Positions 55,501 through 64,000 of a stretch of 64,000 nt of DNA are shown one piece after another. A model generated the notes under the pieces. It made no database searches, was not told the origin of the DNA, and was given only the letters and a program-made list of their open reading frames with translations. The position numbers were made by a program, and so were the translations under genes. This DNA is from Eledone cirrhosa (Eukaryota): positions 374,976,001 through 375,040,000 of the forward strand of contig OZ024742.1 of assembly GCA_964016885.1 (NCBI GenBank), written 5' to 3'. The first letter of the stretch is position 1, and each line of letters starts with the position of its first letter.

Positions 55501-58500
55501 ATCGTGACCTTACAGGTTGGTAGGGGTATTGACAGTGTATGGTGACCCTACAGGGTGGTAGAGTATTGACAGTGTCTGGTGACCCTACAGGGCGGTAGGG
55601 GCATTGACAGTGTATGGTTACCTTACAGGGTGGTAGGGGTATTGACACTATATGGTGACCCTACAGGTTGGTAGGTGTATTGACAGTGTATGGTGACCCT
55701 ACAGGGTGATAGGGGCATTGACAGTGTATGGTGACCCTACAGGGTGGTAGGAGCATTGACAGTGTATGGTGACCTTACAGGGTGGTAGGGGTATTGACAG
55801 TGTATGCTGACCCTACAGGGTGGTAGGGGTATTGACAGTGTCTGGTGACCTTACAGGTTGGTAAGGGCATTGAAAGTGTCTGGTGACCTTACAGCGTGGT
55901 AGGGGTATTGACAGTGTCTGGTGACCCTACAGGGTGGTAGGGGTATTGACAGTGTATGGTGACCTTACAGGGAGGTAGGTGTATTGACAGTGTATTGTGA
56001 CCTTACAGGTTGTTAGGGGTATTTACAGTGTATCGTGACCTTACAGGTTGGTAGGGGTATTGACAGTGTATGGTGACCCTACAGGGTGCTAGAGTATTGA
56101 CAGTGTCTGGTGACCCTACAGGGCGGTAGGGGCATTGACAGTGTATGGTTACCTTACAGGGTGGTAGGGGTATTGACAGTATATGGTGACCCTACAGGTT
56201 GGTAGGTGTATTGACAGTGTATGGTGACCCTACAGGGTGATAGGGGCATTGACAGTGTATGGTGACCCTACAGGGTGGTAGGAGCATTGACAGTGTATGG
56301 TGACCTTACAGGGTGGTAGCGGTATTGACAGTGTATGGTGACCCTACAGGGTGGTAGGGTTATTGACAGTGTCTGGTGACATTACAGGGTGGTAGGGGTA
56401 TTGACAGTGTATCGTGACCTTACAGGGTGGTAGGGGTATTGACAGTGTATCGTGACCTTACAGGGTGATAGGGGCATTGACAGTGTATGGTGACCCTACA
56501 GGGTGGTAGGAGCATTGACAGTGTCTTGTGACCCTATAGTGTGGTAGGGGCATTGACAGTGTCTGGTGACACTACAGGGTGGTAGGGGTATTGACAGTGT
56601 ATGGTGACCCTTCAGGGTAGTAGGGGTATTGACAGTGTCTGGTGACCTTACAGGGTGGTAGGGGCATTGACAATGTCTGTTGACCTTACAGGGTGGTAGG
56701 GGTCTTGACAGTGTATGGTGACATTACAGGGTGGTAGGTGTATTGACAGTGTATGGTGACCTTACAGGGTGGTAGGGGTATTGACAGTGTCTGGTGACCC
56801 TACAGGGTGGTAGGTTTATTGATAGTGTATGGTGACCCTACAGGGTGGTAGGTGTATTGACAGTGTCTGTTGACGCTACAGGGTGGTAAAGGTAATGACA
56901 GTGTCTTGTGACCCTATAGTGTGGTAGGGGCATTGACAGTGTCTGGTGACACTACAGGGTGGTAGGGGTATTGAGAGTGTATGGTGACCCTTCAGGGTAG
57001 TAGGGGTATTGACAGTGTCTGGTGACCTTACAGGGTGGTAGGGGCATTGACAATGTCTGTTGACCTTACAGGGTGGTAGGGGTCTTGACAGTGTATGGTG
57101 ACATTACAGGGTGGTAGGTGTATTGACAGTGTATGGTGATCTTATAGGGTGGTAGTGGTATTGACATTGTATGGTGACCCTACAGTGTGGTAGGGTTATT
57201 GACAATGTATGGTGACCCTACAGGGTGGTAGGGGCATTGACAGTGTATGGTGACCATACAGGGTGGTAGGGGCATTGACAGTGTATGGTGACCTTACAGG
57301 GTGGTAGGGGTATTGACAGTGTATGGTGACCCTACAGGGTGGTAGGGTCATTGACAGTGTATGGTGACACTATAGGGTGGTAGGGGCATTGACAGTGTGT
57401 GGTGAACCTACAGGGTGGTATGGGCATTGACAGTGTCTGGTGACCCTACAGGGTGGTAGGGGTATTGACAGTGTTGGTGACCCTATAGTGTGGTAGGAGT
57501 ATTGACAGTGTATGGTGACCTTACAGTGTGGTAGGGGTATTGACAGTGTATGGTGACCCTACAGGGTGGTAGGGGTATTGACAGTGTCTGGTTACATTAC
57601 AGGGTGGTAGGCGTATTGACAGTGTATCGTGACCTTACAGGGTGGTAGGGGTATTGGCAGTGTATCGTGACCTTACAGGTTGGTAGGGGTATTGACAGTG
57701 TATGGTGATCCTACAGGGTGGTAGAGTATTGACAGTGTCTGGTGACCCTACGGGGCGGTAGGGGCATTGACAGTGTATGTTTACCTTACAGGGTGGTAGG
57801 GGTATTGGCAGTGTATGGTGACCCTACAGGGTGATAGGGGCATTGACAGTGTATGGTAACCCTACAGGGTGGTAGGGGTATTGACAGTGTATGGTGACCC
57901 TACAGGGTGGTAGGGGCATTGACAGTGTATGGTGACCCTACAGGGTGGTAGGCGTATTGACAGTGTATGGTGAACTTACAGGGTGGTAGGGGTATTGACA
58001 GTGTATGCTGACCCTACAGGGTGGTAGGCGTATTGACAGTGTATGGTGAACTTACAGGGTTGTAGGGGTATTGACAGTGTCTGGTGACCTTACAGGGTGG
58101 TAGGGGCATTGACAGTGTATGGTGACATTACAGGGTGGTAGGGGTATTGACAGTGTCTGGTGAACCTACAGGGCGGTAGGGGTATTGACAGTGTAGGGTG
58201 ACCCTACAGTGTGGTAGGGGTATTGACAGTGTATGGTGACCCTACAGGGTGGTAGTGGTATTGACAGTGTCCGGTGACATTACAGGGTGGTAGGGGTATT
58301 GACAGTGTATCGTGACCTTACAGGGTGGTAGGAGCATTGACAGTGTATGGTGACATTACAGGGTGGTAGGGGTATTGACAGTGTATCGTGACCTTACAGG
58401 TCGGTAGGGGTATTGACAGTGTATGGTGACCCTACAGGGTGGTAGAGTATTGACAGTGTCTGGTGACCCTACAGGGCGGTAGGGGCATTGACAGTGTATG

Positions 58501-61500
58501 GTTACCTTACAGGGTGGTAGGGGTATTGACAGTATATGGTGACCCTACAGGGTGGTAGGGGTATTGACAGTATATGGTGACCCTACAGGGTGATAGGGGT
58601 ATTGACAGTGTATGGTGACCCTACAGGGTGGTAGGGGCATTGACAGTGTATGGTGACCCTACAGGGTGGTAGGGGCATTGACAGTGTATGGTGAACCTAC
58701 AGGGTGGTAGGGGTGTTGACAGTGTATGGTGACCTAACAAGGTGGTAGGGGCATTGACAGTGTATGGTGACCCTACAGGGTGGTAGGCGTATTGACAGTG
58801 TATGGTGAACTTACAGGATGGTAGGGGTATTGACAGTGTCTGGTGAACTTACAGGGTGGTAGGGGCATTGACAGTGTACGGTGACATTACAGGGTGGCAG
58901 GGGCATTGACAGTATCTGGTGACCTTACAGGGTGGTAGGGGAATTGACAGTGTCTGGTGACCTTACAGGGTGGTAGGGGTATTGACAGTGTATGGTGACC
59001 CTACAGGGTAGTAGGTGTATTGACAGGGTCTGGTGACGCTACAGGGTGGTAGGAGCATTGACAGTGTATGGTGACCTTACAGGGTGGTAGGAGCATTGAC
59101 AGTGTATGGTGACCTTACAGGGTGGTAGGGGCATTGACAGTGTCTGGTGACCTTACAGGGTTGTAGGGGTATTGACAGTGTCTGATGACCTTACAGCGTG
59201 GTAGGGGTATTGACAGTGTCTGGTGACCCTACAGGGTGGTAGGGTTATTGACAGTGTATGGTGACCCTACAGGGTGGTAGGGGTATTGACAGTGTCTGGT
59301 GACCCTACAGGGTGGTAGAGGTATTGACAGTGTATGGTGACCCTACAGGGTGGTAGGGGTATTGACAGTGTCTTTTGAACCTACAGGGTGGTAAAGGTAT
59401 TGACAGTGTCTTGTGACCCTATAGTGTGGTAGGGGCATTGACAGTGTCTGGTGACCCTACAGGGTGGTAGGGGTATTGACAGTGTATAGTGACCCTACAT
59501 GGTAGTAGGGGTATTGACAGTGTCTGGTGACCTTACAGGGTGGTAGGGTTATTGACAGTGTATGGTGACCTTACAGGGTGGTAGGAGTATTGACAGTGTA
59601 TGGTGAGCTTACAGGGTGGTAGGGGCATTGACAGTGTATCGTGAACTTACAGGGTGGTAGGGGTATTGACAGTGTATCGTGACCTTACAGGGTGGTAGGG
59701 GTATTGACAGTGTATCGTGACCTTACAGGTTGGTAGGGGTATTGACAGTGTATGGTGACCCTATAGGGTGGTAGAGTATTGACAGTGTCTGGTGACCCTA
59801 CAGGGCGGTAGGGATATTGACAGTGTTTGGTGACCCTACAGGGCGGTAGGGGTATTGACAGTGTCTGGTGACGCTACAGGGCGGTAGGGGTATTGACAGT
59901 GTATGGTGACCCTACAGGGCGGTAGGGGCATTGACGGTGTATGTTTACCTTACAGGGTGGTAGGGGTATTGACACTATATGCTGACCCTACAGGGTGGTA
60001 GGGGTATTGACAGTGTATGGTGACCCTACAGGGTGAGAGAGGCATTGACAGTGTATGGTGACCCTACAGGGTGGTAGGGGCATTGACAGTGTATGGTAAG
60101 CCTACAGGGTGGTAGGGGCATTGACAGTGTATGGTGAACCTACAGGGTGGTAGGCGTATTGACAGTGTATGGTGAACTTACAGGGTGGTAGGGGTATTGA
60201 CAGTGTATCGTGACCTTACAGGGTTGTAGGGGTATTGACAGTGTATCGTGACCTTACAGGGTGGTAGGGGTATTGACAGTGTCTGATGACCTTTCAGGGT
60301 GGTAGGGGTATTGACAGTGTATCGTGACCTTACAGGCTGGTAGGGGTATTGACAGTGTATGGTGACCCTACAGGGTGGTAGAGTATTGACAGTGTATGGT
60401 GACCCTACAGGGTGATAGGGGCATTGACAGTGTATGGTGACCCTACAGGGTGGTAGGGGCATTGACAGTGTATGGTGACCCTACAGGGTGGTAGGGGCAT
60501 TGACAGTGTATGGTGACCCTACAGGGTGGTAGGGGCATTGACAGTGTATGGTGAACCTACAGGGTGGTAGGGGTATTGACAGTGTATGGTGACCTAACAG
60601 GGTGGTAGTGGCATTCACAGTGTATTGTGACCTTACAGGGTGGTAGGCGTATTGACAGTGTATGGTGAACTTACAGGGTGGTAGGGGTATTGACAGTGTC
60701 TGGTGACCTTAAAGGGTGGTAGGGGCATTGACAGTGTACGGTGACATTACAGGGTGGTAGGGGCATTGACAGTGTCTGGTGACCTTACAGGGTGGTAGGG
60801 GAATTGACAGTGTCTGGTGACCTTACAGGGTGGTAGGGGTATTGACAGTGTATGGTGACCCTACGGGGTAGTAGGGGTATTGACAGTGTCTGGTGACGCT
60901 ACAGGGTGGTAGGAGCATTGACAGTGTCTGGTGACGCTACAGGGTGGTAGGAGCATTGACAGTGTATGGTGACCTTACAGGGTGGTAGGGGCATTGACAG
61001 TGTCTGGTGACCTTACAGGGTTGTAGGGGTATTGACAGTGTCTGATGACCTTACAGCGTGGTAGGGGTATTGACAGTGTCTGGTGACCTTACAGGGTGGT
61101 AGGGGCATTGACAGTGTCTGGTGACCCTACAGGGTGGTAGGATTATTGACAGTGTATGGTGACCCTACAGGATGGTAGAGGTATTGACAGTGTATGGTGA
61201 CCCTACAGGGTGGTAGGGGTATTGACAGTGTCTTTTGAACCTACAGGGTCGTAAAGGAATTGACAGTGTCTTGTGACCCTATAGTGTGGTAGGGGCATTG
61301 ACAGTGTCTGGTGACCCTACAGGGTGGTAGGGGTATTGACAGTGTATAGTGACCCTACATGGTAGTAGGGGTATTGACAGTGTCTGGTGACCTTACAGGG
61401 TGGTAGGGTTATTGACAGTGTCTGTTTACCTTACAGGGTGGTAGGAGTATTGACAGTGTATGGTGAGCTTACAGGGTGGTAGGGGCATTGACAGTGTATC

Positions 61501-64000
61501 GTCAACTTACAGGGTGGTAGGGGTATTGACAGTGTATCGTGACCTTACAGGTTGGTAGGGGTATTGACAGTGTATGGTGACCCTATAGGGTGGTAGAGTA
61601 TTGACAGTGTCTGGTGACCCTACAGGGCGGTAGGGGTATTGACAGTGTCTGGTGACCCTACAGGGCGGTAGGGGTATTGACAGTGTCTGGTGACCCTACA
61701 GGGCGGTAGGGGTATTGACAGTGTATGGTGACCCTACAGGGCGGTAGGGGCATTGACAGTGTATGGTGACCCTACAGGGTGGTAGGGGCATTGACAGTGT
61801 ATGGTAACCCTACAGGGTGGTAGGGGTATTGACAGTGTATGGTGACCCTACAGGGTGGTAGGGGCATTGACAGTGTATGGTGACCCTACAGGGTGGTAGG
61901 CGTATTGACAGTGTATGGTGACCTTACAGGGTTGTAGGGGTATTGACAGTGTATCGTGACCTTACAGGGTGGTAGGGGTATTGACAGTGTCTGATGACCT
62001 TACAGGGTGGTAGGGGTATTGACAGTGTATCGTGACCTTACAGGTTGGTAGGGGTATTGATAGTGTATGGTGACCCTACAGGGTGGTAGGGGTATTGACA
62101 GTGTCTGGTGACCCTACAGGGCGGTAGGGGAATTGACAGTGTATGGTTATCTTACAGGGTGGTAGGGGTATTGACAGTATATGGTGACCCTACAGGGTGG
62201 TAGGAGCATTGACAGTGTATCGTGACCTTACAGGGTGGTAGGGGTATTGACAGTGTATCGTGACCTTACAGGTTGGTAGGGGTATTGACAGTGTATGGTG
62301 ACCCTACAGGGTGGTAGAGTATTGACAGTGTCTGGCGACCCTACAGGGCGGTAGGGGCATTGACAGTGTATGGTTACCTTACAGGGTGGTAGGGGTATTG
62401 ACATTGTATGGTGACCCTACAGGGTGGTAGGTGTATTGACAGTGTATGGTGACCCTACAGGGTGGTAGGGGTATTGACATTGTATGGTGACCTTACAGGG
62501 TGGTAGGGGCATTGACAGTGTATGGTGACCCTACAGGGTGGTAGGGGCATTGACAGTGTATGGTGAACCTACAGGGTGGTAGGGGTATTGACAGTGTATG
62601 GTGACCTAACAGGGTGGTAGGGGCATTGACAGTGTATGGTGACATTACAGGGTGGTAGGGGCATTGACAGTGTCTGGTGACCTTACAGGGTGGTAGGGGA
62701 ATTGACAGTGTCTGGTGACCTTACAGGGTGGTAGGGGTATTGACAGTGTATGGTGACCCTACAGGATGGTAGAGGTATTGACAGTGTCTGGTGACGCTAC
62801 AGGGTGGTAGGAGCATTGACAGTGTATGGTGACCTTACAGGGTGGTAGGGGCATTGACAGTGTCTGGTGACCTTACAGGGTTGTAGGGGTATTGACAGTG
62901 TCTGATGACCTTACAGCGTGGTAGGGGTATTGACAGTGTCTGGTGACCCTACAGGGCGGTAGGGGCATTGACAGTGTATTTTACCTTACAGGATGGTAGG
63001 GGTATTGACAGTATATGGTGACCCTACAGGGTGGTAGGGGTATTGACAGTGTATGGTGACCCTACAGGGTGGTAGGGGCATTGACAGTGTATGGTGACCC
63101 TACAGGGTGGTAGGCGTATTGACAGTGTATGGTGACCCTACAGGGTGGTAGGGGTATTGACAGTGTATGGTGACCCTACATGGTAGTAGGGGTATTGACA
63201 GTGTCTGGTGACCTTACAGGGTGGTAGGGTTATTGACAGTGTCTGGTGACCTTACAGGGTGGTAGGAGTATTGACAGTGTATGGTGAGCTTACAGGGTGG
63301 TACGGGCATTGACTGTGTATCGTGAACTTACAGGGTGGTAGGGGTATTGACAGTATATGGTGACCCTACAGGTTGGTAGGTGTATTGACAGTGTATCGTG
63401 ACCCTACAGGGTGATAGGGGCATCGACAGTGTATGGTGACCCTACAGGGTGGTAGAGTATTGACAGTGTCTGGTGACCCTACAGGGCGGTAGGGGCATTG
63501 ACAGTGTATGTTTACTTTACAGGGTGGTAGGGGTATTGACAGTATATGGTGACCCTACAGGGTGGTAGCGGTATTGACAGTGTATGGTGACCCTACAGGG
63601 TGATAGGGGCATTGACAGTGTATGGTGACCCTACAGGGAGGTAGGGGCATTGACAGTGTATGGTAACCCTACAGGGTGGTAGGGGTATTGACAGTGTATG
63701 GTGACCCAACAGGGTGGTAGGGGCATTGACAGTGTATGGTGACCCTACAAGGTGGTAGGCGTATTGACAGTGTATGGTGAACTTACAGGGTGGTAGGGGT
63801 ATTGACAGTGTCTGGTGACCTTACAGGGTGGTAGGGGCATTGACAGTGTATGGTGACATTACAGGGTGGTAGGGGTATTGACAGTGTCTGGTGACCCTAC
63901 AGGGTGGTAGGGGCATTGACAGTGTCTGGTGACCTTACAGGGTGGTAGGGGAATTGACAGTGTCTGGTGACCTTACAGGGTGGTAGGGGTATTGACAGTG
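47754..64000 (+). repeat. Near-identical 8767-bp tandem duplication: 47754-56520 repeated from 56521 to the window end
   Basis: The offset is 8767 at every point checked: 47754/56521, 49504/58271, the identical ORF-track peptides at 51411/60178, and 55194/63961. The match stops just upstream of 56521 (AAAGGTAATG vs AGGAGCATTG). Confidence 0.95.

Larger units (their letters stand above)
1..64000 (+). repeat. 38-bp tandem satellite array, consensus ATTGACAGTGTMTGGTGACCYTACAGGGTGGTAGGGGY, about 1,680 copies, running off both window ends
   Basis: The motif recurs every 38 bp in every line, with scattered substitutions and occasional 1-2 bp indels. Offsets between duplicated markers are multiples of 38 minus a few bp (380, 608, 2166, 2584, 4218). 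Confidence 0.99.

Noticed and set aside
3885-60462. All minus-strand ORFs (60-94 aa, Pro/Cys/His/Thr-rich)
   Set aside because: They are translations of the repeat: 3 monomers = 114 bp = 38 codons. The single minus-strand stop per monomer (TAA or TAG from YTA) recurs in frame every third monomer, and ORFs appear only where a substitution or indel skips one. There is no sign of frame preservation.
1-64000. CRISPR array (repeat length of 38 bp with a hairpin)
   Set aside because: The monomers abut directly with no unique spacers, no leader and no cas genes.
1-64000. Bacterial sigma70 -35 box TTGACA in each monomer
   Set aside because: The sequence 17 bp downstream is AGGGTG, not a -10 box, and there are no genes or other bacterial context.
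1-64000. Telomeric repeat or Chi-site array
   Set aside because: There is no tandem TTAGGG-type unit, and the heterogeneity and higher-order duplications are unlike telomerase products. GCTGGTAG variants do not match Chi (GCTGGTGG).
1-64000. Embedded transposon, inversion or unique island
   Set aside because: On reading through, every line stays in the same-orientation 38-bp register apart from 1-2 bp indels. I saw no C-rich inverted segment.
1-64000. Variant pattern as an information-storage or diversity-generating cassette system
   Set aside because: The long-range order of variants is explained by ordinary nested duplications, and no recombinase, reverse transcriptase or expression locus is present in the window.

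Overview
The whole 64 kb window is one uninterrupted head-to-tail tandem satellite array. The 38-bp monomer has the consensus ATTGACAGTGT(A/C)TGGTGACC(T/C)TACAGGGTGGTAGGGG(T/C), giving about 1,680 copies (64000/38), all in one orientation. I saw no unique sequence, inversion, transposon, spacer or credible gene, and the listed ORFs are translation artefacts of the repeat. The scale suggests eukaryotic heterochromatic satellite DNA, but I cannot assign an organism or a named family. The informative structure is internal. There are three near-biallelic positions. A per-monomer hairpin (CCYTAC-AGGGTG-GTAGGG) places both C/T polymorphic sites opposite G. The G/C strand skew is strong. Variant usage changes along the array. 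Nested tandem duplications can be traced with rare marker variants at periods of about 380, 608, 1405/1481, 1860, 2166-2584, 2354, 2619/2885, 4.1-5.5 kb, 4218 and 8767 bp. I found no evidence for a new protein-coding system. Offsets were counted by hand, and block boundaries are approximate.
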